Source: Rhina ancylostomus
Lineage: Eukaryota
Direction of reading: 5' to 3'
NCBI GenBank assembly: GCA_030265395.1
Contig: JARFYF010000007.1
Coordinates: 19,494,216 to 19,558,215 of the forward strand
Length of the DNA stretch: 64,000 bases
Positions 26,812-39,399 of this stretch are shown here, piece after piece (position 1 is the stretch's first letter; each line of letters opens with the position of its first letter). The notes under the pieces were generated by a model. It made no database searches. It saw nothing but the letters and a program-made list of their open reading frames with translations, and was not told where the DNA came from. Both the position numbers and the translations under genes were made by a program.

Positions 26812-27203
26812 GTAATGTCATCTTGTTTTATTGTGCCAACTTTTATGGAGGGTTTGGGTTTGATTCCTTTCAATGCATTGGAATATCTGGCACTTTACAC
26901 TGAGTTTTCAATAAGTTAAACATTTCAAATCAATTTACTGGATTATCTCTTGAATCTTTAATGTAAACCAATTGTTTGGATTGATATTGGTACCAAATTT
27001 TAAATCCATTTACTGAAATTTANNNNNNNNNNATTGTAACACTAAATGATTTGTACACAAGACAAAACTGTAATTTGGTCTCAAATCTGCATGTTATAGA
27101 TATAGTACATCTTTTCTAACAGTAATGCTGACAGTTTTGTAACAAAAAGGGGAATTGTACTCTACTGCATCTAGAGGAGGAATGCTTAAATTTTTTCTTA
27201 TAG

Positions 27204-27309
27204 AGCAGATATGTTGGCTATTATGAAGTAATGAAAAATGAGTACAAACGACAACCTCCACCTCCGAAGAAACTAAAAATGAAAAGCATCAGAATTTATT
27301 CAATTCATG
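27204..27309 (+). CDS. TPTE: TPTE/VSP exon, phosphatase-C2 junction
   Basis: ttatag|AGC AGA TAT...CAT G|gtaagc, 106 nt. SRYVGYYEVMKNEYKRQPPPPKKLKMKSIRIYSIH. Confidence 0.94.
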
Positions 27310-30070
27310 GTAAGCCATTTTAATATTGCAAACTTGGCTTAGTTAATGGTGGCTTTTAAAACCTGAAGATATGGGCTTGGGACTTGAGCACGTCAAGGTG
27401 CTTCTGTTATTTAAACATTAACTGAGGACAAGTTTGCCTTGAATTCAACTCTTATCAGGTATCCCATATCTATTCTTTATATGTAACTAAATTCTATTGT
27501 TTGTAATGATATGAAATGTTTTGTGCTTCATCTGAGAATTTTGTTTTTAACATTAGAACTACTGTTGGACCTGAACAATGAAATGTACCTGATAAATGAT
27601 GAACAATGCAAGAACCTAAAAGTAAATTCCTGAGTTGAAAGGGACATTGCAAGTCAAGAGTTGTCAAAAAATATTACATAATGCAAAGTGCTTTGGTGAG
27701 GTACTTTCAAAACATAGTTGCTATTATTATCAAGAATGCAGGAACCAATTTATGCACTACCAGCTCCCACACCAATATACTGACCAGATAATCTGTAGTT
27801 TGTAGTAACATAGGTCATAGAGAAAACAGCAATTTTAATATTTTACTATATAAATGTAGTAAAAATTTGCTAATTTCAAAATAACCATCTTTTTCTTAAG
27901 ATATTTATATTAACTTTGCCTCAACATTTGAAAATATCCTAGGTTATTAAGTGTGATCACTGGTCATTTGCCATTTGTTCCACAGAATTATCCAGCTGCT
28001 AAGCACAGGTCAGCTCACTTATGGAACCCACACATATAGTGTGAAAATGGAGTAAGCTGGAGATCAGATACTGGTGTGTCTGATCTTCCAGTTCACTGCA
28101 CTTGGCTGGCACTTCAAGATGCTTGGCTCAGTACTGAGACTGGGGGTGGATGCAGATGTGCTNNNNNNNNNNGAATAGTATAAACTTTCATTTGAATGGA
28201 GTCACTGATCTTGACTGCGGGAGAAAAGTGGGTTAGTTATTTGTTTAGTTCTTGGAAGTCAGTTTAAAATTAAGTAAAATTTACTTATTCAATTTTTTGA
28301 ATATGCTTTAAATTCATTTGATCTGTTCCTTAAACTCCTTTGAAAGTAGTTAGCAGTGAGACCTAGTAGCTATTTAGACCCACAGGGCCACAATGCAAGG
28401 GCATCTGTGGAAACGGTGTGGGCAGCAGGCATGAGGAGTGGGCTAAATTAGGCAAGATCTCAGCTCTTAGAGCCACATGATTTCATCTATCAATCCTACC
28501 TTCAATAAATCTACAATTTAAAGCATGTGTAATTCAAATCATAGACATTGTCAGGCAGAAGAGATGGGATATCCTTAGTTTGTCTCAACAACAGACTCAT
28601 TGTATTGTTCACACTACTCTTGTGGCTCAGGTAGAATGAAAGGAGTCTGATTTCCTTCACACAAAACCACTATTCTTAAATATTGACTGGGGATTAAGTA
28701 TTTGCCAGTATAATGGATACCTTCTCACTTGAAATGGTACTATGGGATTATTTTTCAATCCACTGGACATCTCTCATTAGCATGTGTTAGCATGGATTGG
28801 TGCATGGCCATAGTGATCCAGTCCATTATGGGACAAATGACCCAATGTTCACAATCATTTACAAGGTATAACTGAGCAGAAAATTGACTTATAATCAGTA
28901 GGCCTGTGTGGAAACATCTTTAGGATTTAAATACAATTCAAATCTAAGAGGCATGCAAACATAATTAAAAATAATTTTGAGAGACTGGTATTCAATGTGT
29001 TGGCAAAAGTGTGTCAAAGGATAACTTGGAATGGAAAGAATAATAAGTGAAGAGAACTGCAGAAAATGAAATGGGTGGCTTGTTTTCCCCAGAAATGAGT
29101 CTTAGTTTTAGCTTGTGTTTGGAGGGCAGTTTGTATGCGATTCACAATCATTGGATGCTCAAACCATTACCAGCTGCCTCCTCTGCTCTTGAAAGTCAGT
29201 TCCCAAATATGCTGAGTTCCAATAATTCCAGTCTTGCTGATCTGTTTCTTGCTCTGTATAATCTGTACACTTTGTACTGTCCCTGGGCTTTCCATGGATC
29301 TACATAGCACAGAACTTGGTTGCATTTTCCTGATTCAATCTACAAAGGGAAAAGCACAATTTATGTATTTTTCCAATGCTGCCTTTTAACAACTGTGGAA
29401 TTGGCCATGACGTTTCATGATGTTGGCTCGTTCCAAGTGCATGATTTTAAATTTATATTTTAAACTGCTAACTTATAGCTTGCCCACCAGNNNNNNNNNN
29501 NNNNNNNNNNNNNNNNNNNNNNNNNNNNNNNNNNCAAATGAGAAAAAGGTTAGATTCTTGAACGTTCTTGTGCAAAAATGATAGGAAAATACTTTGATTT
29601 ACAATTCTGTATTAAGCAGTCTATTAACACTAGCTATTAAAGATTACAACCTTTTAAAAACTGTCTGCAGAAATTGATTTCTGTACAGTTTATCAATGAG
29701 ATGTCATTGATGTGCAAGGACACTAGTCATGTGGTCTCCAGTGTGCACCACTGAAGCTAGTGCCATGCTGCAGTTAGTAATGCCAAACCAGCACTAGGGG
29801 TTTGGACAAAGACCAAAAGCGGTAAGGGTTGTGGCTGGAACACTTAAAGTGACAAGTTGTGATGGAGCAATTAAGCCTCAATTGTCTGGCAGTGCAATGC
29901 TAGTGAGCTACAGAAGTATTCTCTGTACAGGAATTTTTTTTTGGAATCTTATGCATTGGGATGGAAGTGTTGCAAACATTAAGAAGGTGTAAAATGCCAG
30001 AAGTGTGTTTGGATGAGAAGCTTTTAGCATTCAGTAATGAGAAAAGAACACTAAGCTCGATTGTGAAGAC

Positions 30071-30368
30071 ATGAGGCTGATGCTGGAATATGGAGCAACA
30101 AAGAATCTGGAGGAATTCAATGGGTCAAGCAGCATCTGTGGGAGGAAAGGAATTGTCAACATTCAGGGTTGAAATCCTGTATCAGGACTGTTTATGAAGA
30201 CAGACTGCAGATGCTGGAAATCTGGAGCAACACCCAAAAAATGCTGGAGGAACTCAGCAAGTTGGGCAGCATCTATGGAGAGGAATGAACAGCTGATGTT
30301 TTGGGCTGAGGCCCTTCATTAGGACTCTGTTTCCTGACCTGAGTTCCTCCAGCAATTTTTGCGTGGCT
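30071..30368 (-). mobile_element. Two tandem Penelope-derived short elements
   Basis: Two related units (gatgctggaa.tggagcaaca...ctggaggaa.tca...gcagcatct.tgg) separated and flanked by TT(G/A)TGAAGAC repeats. Confidence 0.7.
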
Positions 30369-31398
30369 TGTTTGTGAAGACTATGCCAATTTCAGCATTT
30401 GCTGTGGTTCCTCTAGAAAACTGACTACAACTTGAAGCGTCTATGCATGTAGCTAAATGCACTGAAATCCAAAGGTGCTGGTCTGCACTGTTGCAATCTC
30501 AGATTCAGTTGGTCACAATTTGGTGTAAACTTTAACGATGTGAACTATTCTTGTAGAACTTGCAAAGCACTGTAGAATGATATGTAGATGAGTTTCTAAT
30601 GGCATGCTAATTGCTGCTGAAGAAATTTGTTTTACTTTCCATGTGTGGCCAAATCCACTTTTCTGTAAGAAGTTTTTTGTTAAAAGAAAACTAATGCTTT
30701 TTACTTCCTGATTTGGTCTAATTAGCTGGCAGTTTAGACAGACTGATAACATCGTTCCTGATTAGTGCCCCTCCCCAAAACAAGAGCCATACTTGAAGTC
30801 AGATATGTGGAAAAAGTGTCATAGCTTAAAATTTACTGGGCTGCTTTTTCATAATGTTGCATTATCAACAAAATCTGGACTATTATCTCAAAACTCTACA
30901 TTCTAAAGTTTCTATGGTGGGTGCCCAGATGGACAGTATTACTTCTATTGTACTCAATTTACCAATCTACAAACTCCTAAGTGACTTGGTTAATTAACTT
31001 TTTTTGGTTTGGGAGCCATCCCAGAGGCACCATTGTGGCTGCATTTCCTTCTCAAATGTTTCATAATTTCCAAGGTTGAATGGATTGACAGTGTTTTCAC
31101 TTTGGTATCGTTGAGTGAAATTCTTGGGATGCTTAATACCCCCATTTGGTGAGGTTGGGTTTGTGGGGGGGGGGTTGGTGGGAGGGGAAGCTGATGTAAT
31201 ATCCCTCTAGGCTTTTTTGGTTGAGGTCTTCATCTGCAGTTAAATTTTAGAAACCACTAGTACACACCTCATTTGATATGTAATCTTGAATGATTTCAAT
31301 TATCAAGCCTGCAATGACTGCTTACCAATGATTCTTACAAAAGTGTAAAACTATTCCTCCCCATCTCTTCTACCTCTACCCCCCCCCCACCCCCACAG

Positions 31399-31496
31399 GT
31401 GTTGGTAGGAACAATGGCAGTGACTTGAAAGTTGAAATTATTGTGAAGAAGGTGCTCGTATTTCAGTGTGTTTGTGCAACACAAGAAAACTGTAAG
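31399..31496 (+). CDS. TPTE: TPTE/VSP exon, C2 domain
   Basis: ccacag|GT GTT...AAG|gtaaag, 98 nt. GVGRNNGSDLKVEIIVKKVLVFQCVCATQENCK. Confidence 0.93.
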
Positions 31497-33534
31497 GTAA
31501 AGTACACGATGATCAAAAATCAGGAAAGCAGTTTAATACCTTTGCTTTCATTCAAATAACAGTGAAATGTTTTATTGCTTCAAGTTAACAGCAGAGCATT
31601 AACATAATTTTGCATGTATTAAACTTCAAATGTGGTGTACTCTGACTGTTGCCATGTTGAGTATGAGATAATCTGATGCAAAATAGGATAATTATAGTGG
31701 AACAGTTAGTCTTTCCAGTATGTGCTCAACATGAGGTGGTTTCCACTAGCAAAGAACTTTTGTTTAGACCAACCAAGGATGAGCAAAACCAAAGGCCACA
31801 TACTGAAGATGATGGCAGGCTGCCTTTGATCCCTAGAGTTCTAGCAATTATGTTCCATTGTGTCACATAGTGTGTCAGTAACAATGAAGGAATGGTGCGT
31901 GACTTTGCAGGGCAGATTTAGGGTGCATCATGTCTGCACCTATGCCAAACAGCACAGGGCAATGTATATCAAAATGATAAACAGCAAGAAAAGACAAATT
32001 GCCTGATTAAGCATAATCACTAAACCATCATGACTACATAAAAATGCTGGCCACATTTCCCTCCATCCTGGTAGGCAAGTAATCTGTAAGAGGCAGAAAT
32101 AAAGAAATGGGGGGGGGGGGAGAAATATGAACCAATGGGGCTGAGGAAGGGAAGAGAAATGCACCAAGATTCTTTAATACTCTTGGGTGATTGAAAAGCA
32201 TCCTGAAGATCACGAGACTAAGTAATTTGCTTTTGATTCAAAACTCTGCTCCAGTCAGAAGCTGGTGTTTGTTGAAAACATTAAGTAAATCAGCATCTAA
32301 CACATGAACTATCTATATTTTTGGGGGATCCTCTGTTCTCTTGGAGAATAGTTTTGGTTTATCTTTGTATAATTTAAATGTGTTCTCTGCCCCCTTCAAT
32401 CTTCTAACTGGAACTATCCATCAAGAAAGATATAATCCAGATTGTTAGACCTCTGTCAGTCACGTTATGAATTAGGTTGACCTCCTTGTAGCTAAGGTTC
32501 TTAACTACAGTACTGGAGTTGCAAATGATGTTGCACACCAGAATATTCACTGAGTATCCTTCCAGTCTTTTGTGTAATCATTTGAAGTAGCTGAATGTTC
32601 TGAGAACCTCTCCTGGGACTGTAGTAATGTGGCCTCCAATAATTACCACATCTTTGTGTTTCATATATAATCCTCATAACTTTTGCATTGACCCTCTACC
32701 TAACCCAATGGCTCTGATTTTCAAGGTTTGCTTTGCTCTTGCACTGACTTGTGTAAATTCCAAGGTGGAAGGTGTGACAAAGCATAGAGCAAAAGAGTGC
32801 TACTGTAATTCATGGGTCAAAAACCTGCTGCTATTTTCTTAGTCAATGTGATGAGTGGATATTGCCTGAGCAATGTTGATGGTCTTTTTCAATTAATTTG
32901 ATTTGGCTCACTGCCATTTTCTCAAGGGTAGCTAGGGATGGAAAGTAAAATGCCCATGTCTCTGGGGGGGGGGGGGGGGGGGGNNNNNNNNNNTGATTTT
33001 TGGACAGTTTGAACCTGCTTTTTGTGGGTGGTTGCATCTGGGCAATTGTCATGTTATTGGGCAGATGAAGGATGCTTGCTAATCTGAAACTGGCTTGAAG
33101 GAGATTCTAACCTGGATGTAAGTGCTAGCAAAATTTGGTTAATGCAAACCAAAGAAGTATTTGGTGTTTCATCTGAAATGCCAGATGATAGCACAGAAGT
33201 GTTCATCGTTGCCACTAGGCAATCTAGCACCCTAAAAAGAATTCAAACCATTGTAAAATCAATGGAGTTCTAGCCTGCAGTACATACATTGATAGTGCTT
33301 GTACCTTTTGGTTCAAAAAAATCAACTTGTGTATGTCCCTAATTTTTAGTGGAATAAGAAAGTGGGAATCTGAAGATCAAGGACCATTGGCCTGGATGTA
33401 TCTTGATGAGGGAAAAAATTTTTTCTTGAACTGATTTATACCCTGCAGTGGCAAAGAGCTACTTGAACCAGCATTGATCCTGGTCAGCAAGCAGTTGATT
33501 TGGATTGAGTTCATGAGTTGAGCAGATAAATCTG

Positions 33535-34260
33535 GATTACAAGAAATAGGAACAGCTTGCCACATGGCCCCTCTCAAACCTGCTCTGCCATTTAGTAAGG
33601 TCGTGATTGATCCCCCACTTTGCTCTATCTCAAACCTCGTTAGTGTCCAAAAGCCCATTGTGCAGCCTTGAATACACACACACTATCACTGACAGAACAT
33701 CCAGATAGCACCAAGGTAGTAAATTAAAATTATTTCCTCTCATCAGTCCTAAATAAGCAGTCTTTGCTGAAACTGACCCCCTGGTTCTGGACCTTCCACA
33801 GAAAATTACTTCCCAGCATCTACCCTGTCAACCCCCTTCAGAATACTGCTCATCTCCATGGGATCACCTTTTGTTCCAAACTTGATTGTAGGCAATTATT
33901 TTTCAAAACCCAGCCTTATCCCACTACTGTCTATTAAATTTTATGGTGCTGACAAGAGAAAGTAAGTCTTTTCTGATAGACCAAAACTACTAACAGTACT
34001 CCAGATGACTCACCTCTGCCCTGTAAAATCTCATATTTCCTTCCTTTTGTAATATAGGCTAACATACCATTGCTCTCTTTATTTCTGTTTGCAGTAGCTT
34101 TGTATTTACTTTCTCTACCCAAGATCATAAGGACTCTTCTTTCTATACAAGTAAAACACCTGAAATTTAACATCCAGTTCTCCCAAGTAGATGCCTGTCA
34201 TGCTTTCCTGGGATCATGCTTCCCAAAGGTATGTACAATCCTTGAGGTGTTTCAGCAATA
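33535..34260 (-). mobile_element. Degenerate CR1 LINE 3' part
   Basis: agaaataggaacag...cctgctctgccatttagtaaggtcgtgattgatc; cagcatctaccctgtcaacccccttcagaat. Confidence 0.65.
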
Positions 34261-34639
34261 ATGGTGATCAAGACAGCCATTCTTCCAACTTGGTCCTTCC
34301 AGTGGCTGTTCTAATTTGAGCTCTGGATGTTCAAACCACTTTGGAGCTAATGTCCTCTGGTCACTGAAATGTGGTCTCTCATTACCAATGCCTCACTGAA
34401 CATCTCCATGGGACAATTGAGATATTGCTGTAGGTCTGAAATTGTATTTGTCATGGATAAGCATTGGAGACTTTTGCTAAAAGAATGGTAGTTAACCTAA
34501 TAGGTTCTTACAACAGTCCACTGATTTCATGCATAATCCATCTTATTGTGGGATAGATTGTAAATTTGAATAGGCTCCTTGCTATGAGAAAATGATAAAT
34601 GGAAGCTAAATGCCTGCTCTAAATGTGGACTGAGGGCTG

Positions 34640-35420
34640 AATTCCAGAGATGGCAAGAATGACTGCCCCTGGCATCAAGGCAGCATTTGACCAAGTTGTG
34701 ACATCAAGGAGCCATGGTAACACTGAAGTAAATGGGCATCAAGGGGAAAACACTCCAATGGTTGGGGATGTACCTCAAAGATGGTTGTAGTTGTTAGTCA
34801 GTCATCCCAGATCCAGAACATCTCTGCAGGAGTTCAGGGCAGTGTCCACAGCTCAACCATTTTCATCTGCTTCATCAATATTTTTGTTAAAATTCAGAAG
34901 TGGTGGTGTGATGAGATTTGGAGCAAAGTGGTCCTGGTGAAACCCAAACTGGTTATCAGTGAGCAGGTACTGCGTGATCACACTACTGATGGCACTTCAC
35001 TACTTTCTACATGTATTTGCAAATACATTAGCCTAATCTTTTANNNNNNNNNNNNNNNNNNNNNNNNNNNNNNNNNNNNNNNNNATTATCCACCACAGTT
35101 CATGACTAGATAAGGTGGTGATTGTGGACTTTTGAAGTGACACATTGGTTGTGAGATTGCTTTATGTTGTCTATTGCATTATAACCTTATGGTGGGAAGT
35201 AAAATGAAGAAATAGTTGAAGATGGTGGAACCAAGGATGCTCCTCAGAAACTCCTGCAGTGGTGTGTGGCTGGTATATTGAACCAGGGTTGATCCCCTGA
35301 CCAGATAACAATGGTAAAATTAGTAATATGCCAGGTCATGAGATTACAGATTGTGGCAGGTACTTTTTTGCTGTTGCTAATCACAGCAGCATTTTGCAGC
35401 TCTTAACCAGGCATCCAGAT
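34640..35420. mobile_element. CR1-clade LINE fragments with an internal orientation switch
   Basis: + strand gacatcaaggagcc...gcaggagttcagggcagtgtcc...catctgcttcatcaa, followed by opposite-orientation fragments of the same family around a gap. Confidence 0.5.
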
Positions 35421-36381
35421 ATATTCTAAGTCTATCTCATTTAGCTAACTGTGCTATCATAACAAAATGGAGCATGGCCACAAAATTAGTGGATTGTTGT
35501 AAATACCTATTGGACTCACTACTGTTCTTTTGGCAAAGAAAGTCTTTCATGCTTAAACTGACATAAATACAATATCAGATCCAGAGCAATATGGTTGACT
35601 CTTAATTGGCCCATGGAAATATCCAGCAAGGCATCTGGCTCTAGGGCAGTTGGGAGTGAGTAATAAATATCAGTCTTGTTACTAATTCTCAATGCCATGA
35701 AGGCATAAATATGCTGCTGGTCTCCAATATAGTATTATGTAGCTTTGAGAAAATTGAAAGACTGAGCAGGTTGAAATGGGTGAGAGGTAGTTCAAAAAGG
35801 ATAATGGGGGAAGCAACAAGCATCAGAATGAAGACAGAATTGTAAAGGACAAATTATAACATGCAGTTAGTTCCAGGATGGTTTCAGCAGTGCTTGTACT
35901 CCAGGGAAAGGTGGAAAGAGGAGCTGTCATAGGGTTTGGTTTCATCTGGCAGAATTGCCCATCTTTGAGTGTGTCCATGGGCCAGTTGATGTTGTCTGCA
36001 AGTATAGAGGAAGAGAACAAATGGGCAGTGGGAAGAATTCCCTCCTGAAAGGAGGAGGAGCCTTCTCTATTAAAGATTTAAAGCATGGTTGGTCTGCTGA
36101 ACTTTGGAAGGTCTATTGAAATGATGGAGAAATAGTTTAAATACTGTTTATGCATGGATTCTCTGAATCTTTCATCTTTTCTGCTGTATAGATTTACAGC
36201 TTCCTGTCTCCATTGACTCTTCTAATCACTTTTCATTGCTCATTCAAGCTTTAAACTCTGAACTCTAAGTTTTGCATGGAGATGGGCAGCTATCACAAAT
36301 TGTAACTGAACATTTGTACTGTCATCAAGTTAATGATGCATTTTACAGATCCCATACTTAATATATAATTTTTGTGTACAG

Positions 36382-36477
36382 CTGTTCTTTGATGCTGGGA
36401 GTAACTCTGCAATAATTAGCTTGGAGAATGGGCCTGAAGTGAGTGGTGATGTTAAAGTCAGATTTGAATCTAATGGG
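36382..36477 (+). CDS. TPTE: TPTE/VSP exon, C2 domain
   Basis: gtacag|CTG...GGG|gtaagt, 96 nt. LFFDAGSNSAIISLENGPEVSGDVKVRFESNG. Confidence 0.93.
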
Positions 36478-36558
36478 GTAAGTTCATTGATACTACAATT
36501 CCTGGTTTTTTTAAATGTATTTAAGGTAAAAACTTACAGTCTTGTCCTTTCTATTTAG

Positions 36559-36629
36559 GGCCTACCTAAAGGTTATGACGACTGTCCATTCTACTTTTGG
36601 TTCAACACATCTTTCATTGTAAATAATAG
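36559..36629 (+). CDS. TPTE: TPTE/VSP exon, C2 domain
   Basis: atttag|GGC...AAT AG|gtacag, 71 nt, after an 81-nt intron. GLPKGYDDCPFYFWFNTSFIVNN(R). Confidence 0.95.
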
Positions 36630-37385
36630 GTACAGTCCAATTAGTTTTTAATAAGACTGTGTTTTAATGCCAGGCATAAAGATGCAAGCTAACCATTGCC
36701 AATGACAAATTGTGTATTTTGTTTGTCACTTTTGAATTTGCAAATTGCAGGTTTGAAGATTTAAACTCATTGTGCAGATAGATAAATACATGATTCATAA
36801 TTCTCTGGCAAGTGTGCTCAAGTGTGGGGGGGGGGGGGAGAAACCAAATTGCACCCCAAATCTAGCATTGATTATTTCTTGACAATTTGATATAATACTT
36901 GTCAGAAGTATCAGGTATCTTTCAGCTGGGCAGAAAAGTTTACCCCTTTAAAACAAGACACTACATTTGTTTTGAGGTGTTGGAATTGCTTTGTTCTATT
37001 GTCATAATGCAGAACAACTAACCAAAGTTAAACTATCTTCAGTTTATGGAATTCTGTATTGATTTTAGAGATGCTTTTGAGTCTAAAACTATGCTATTTG
37101 AAATGCATTAATTTGTTCAGCATAACCTTGCAAGTGGGAAGATTGTAAAAACTATTTTGAGTTAAATGTGGGTTTGTCTCAATTGCAGAGCAATTGTTTC
37201 AAAATGACTAGTAGCACTTGTATTTGTCTCGAGGGCAAACCCTTGTCAAAAAATCCTTCAAATGGGGAAAAAGTGAGCATGAATAAATCTCTACTCAGTA
37301 GTCACAGCTGTAGGAACTACATAGGTTGCTGCTCAAATTTTGACAAAACTACACTTTCATTTTTGTGATGTATTATGTATTTCAG

Positions 37386-37497
37386 GCTCTGCTTGTTCAG
37401 GGATGAACTTGACAACCCCCACAAGCCAAAAACTTGGAAAATCTACAGTGAAAAATTTGCAGTTGAGGTGAATTTTGATGATCCTGATTTCAATTAA
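37386..37497 (+). CDS. TPTE: TPTE/VSP last coding exon
   Basis: tttcag|G CTC...AAT TAA, 112 nt. LCLFRDELDNPHKPKTWKIYSEKFAVEVNFDDPDFN*. All exon phases are consistent across the gene. Confidence 0.95.
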
Positions 37498-38290
37498 TCT
37501 AGTACCACCTCGAACAGAATAAGCAGAGAATGACTCCAAGCAGTTTGTAATGTAAATATTATTTTGGAGTCTGGTACTGCCTTCAGTGGGGAGGAGGGGA
37601 GAGACAATATTGCGGGAACTTCTACTTGCTGCAAGACATTCAAGTTTAAAAACTTTTTGTACTGAAAGGAAAAACTGTTGGAAAATGGTTGAAGTCATNN
37701 NNNNNNNNNNNNNNNNNNNNNNNNNNNNNTCAAACCTTTTTCAGCCTATTTTTCCTTAAGATTGCCAGTGTTGTATTTACCTCAAAGAGGGTTGATTATC
37801 AGTGATCCCAGGACTGGATTAGACTTTTTAAAAAAAAAACTTTGATATTTTTAACTGTCCAGTGCTTTCTTTTTCTGGCAGAATATGAACAATGTTACAA
37901 CAGCATTAATAAATGCAACTTCCCCCTGCCCCATACCCTTAAGTTAATTTTTAAAAAAAAGTTATGATTTGTCCTCTGGTACTTCAGTAGCCTGAATGTA
38001 TTTAACCACCATTGTGTAGTATTTGGGCAAAAGATTACAACCACAGCACTGCACCTGTGGATGGGAAAGGAGCAAGAGGCCTGCACAGCACAGGCAGCAA
38101 TGTAATTATCCTTAAGTGATCTAACTGTTCATATCTGCTACAAACCTTGAGCCTAGGTCACTTTCAATGGAACTTTGTATATTTTCCTGTCTGATTTCTA
38201 GCAAACTAAAACATGATTGTAGTATGGGTGGTAATGTTTGTTCAACTGTTATAAAAATGCATCTATCACTGTAGATTTCTTGAATTTCTC

Positions 38291-38296
38291 AATAAA
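38291..38296 (+). terminator. Candidate TPTE polyadenylation signal
   Basis: AATAAA about 0.8 kb after the stop. Alternatives at 37908-37913 and 38705-38710; which is used cannot be determined from DNA. Confidence 0.35.
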
Positions 38297-38671
38297 TAGT
38301 AAAATGCTGATTTCCTAGTTTGAGATTCCTCCTAGCCATTGTAGCAGATATTAGTTGATGTTTTCATAAAATTGACATGTGATATTGTAACTTGGTAATG
38401 TTTACAGAAGGGTAAAAGGATCCAGTTCCTGCTCTTTTCCTACATAAGTAGATGCTACATTTGGGAAGTAGGACAAGTGCAATAGGTATGTGTAAATTTT
38501 TTTGAATGAAGTGATGTGGTTGTGCTTTTCAATGCCAAACTGTATTAGGCATCTTGCTTGCCTGAACTAGAGCTTTGTAGTGTGAATTCCACTTTGCACT
38601 TGATAATTCCCAACATCTAAGGGGAAAACCAGTTAAAGTGTCATTGCATGATTTAGGGATTCCATGAAAAT

Positions 38672-38677
38672 TTTATT
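38672..38677 (-). terminator. Candidate SLC25A15 polyadenylation signal
   Basis: TTTATT on + (AATAAA on -), about 500 nt downstream of the SLC25A15 stop. Confidence 0.4.
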
Positions 38678-39177
38678 AGCAGCAGTACACAGTTCTAACT
38701 ATAAAATAAAAACCTCGACCACACATTATCCTACTACTTTAATAGCATTCATTTTGAAAATTGGAGTGAGGAATGGCAGCTTCCACAATCAGACAAATGT
38801 AGCAAAATAACTTTACCTCATTGTTACCCACCCCATGTCTTATTTCATAAAAATTGACATTGTTGCTCTTACAACTTGATTTGTGGTATTGGATCTTTGG
38901 GCTCTTTCCCTTGAGTCCACAGGAAAAAGGCTTCTCAGAATTTGAAAATACATTGAATCTTTACATAACATCAACTTTGTAAGTAATTAAGTGTTTCAAA
39001 TTTAAAGTTTAGTTGCTTTTACGTGAATCCAGTTCCTGCCAAGAAATTTCTTGAACTGCCACTTCCATGTAGAATACAAAATATCCAGTTTTACTTTCTA
39101 GATGGGCCCTAAATTCAACTTATTGCAGCACAATCAAATTCCTGGGAGTAAGGCTTCAGTAATTCCCTGAATGCACT

Positions 39178-39299
39178 TCAATTACTCATGTAGTCCATCA
39201 TAGCTTTTCTACTCAGTTCATAGGCCAGAAACAGTGCACCATTGGCAGGGAATGCACGTATCATTGTTGGTGTTAATCCAGAATATATTGCTTTAATAC
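39178..39299 (-). CDS. SLC25A15: SLC25A15 last coding exon
   Basis: ccccag|GT ATT AAA...AAT TGA, 122 nt. (G)[39 protein letters not shown]. Confidence 0.96.
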
Positions 39300-39399
39300 C
39301 TGGGGGCAAAGAAACAAGTGAGAAATAACAGAATCAAAACATGGTGAAACTTACTTGAATCATAATATGCATCAAAGTGGCTGCCCTTTTATATAACTA

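Noticed and set aside
32964-32993. Long poly-G/poly-C runs (also near 36826, 57450, 58284)
   Set aside because: Simple homopolymers, some abutting 10-N gaps; lengths unreliable and no evidence of function.
37357-37698. 113-aa antisense ORF over the last TPTE exon
   Set aside because: Shadow ORF of a real exon with no independent support.
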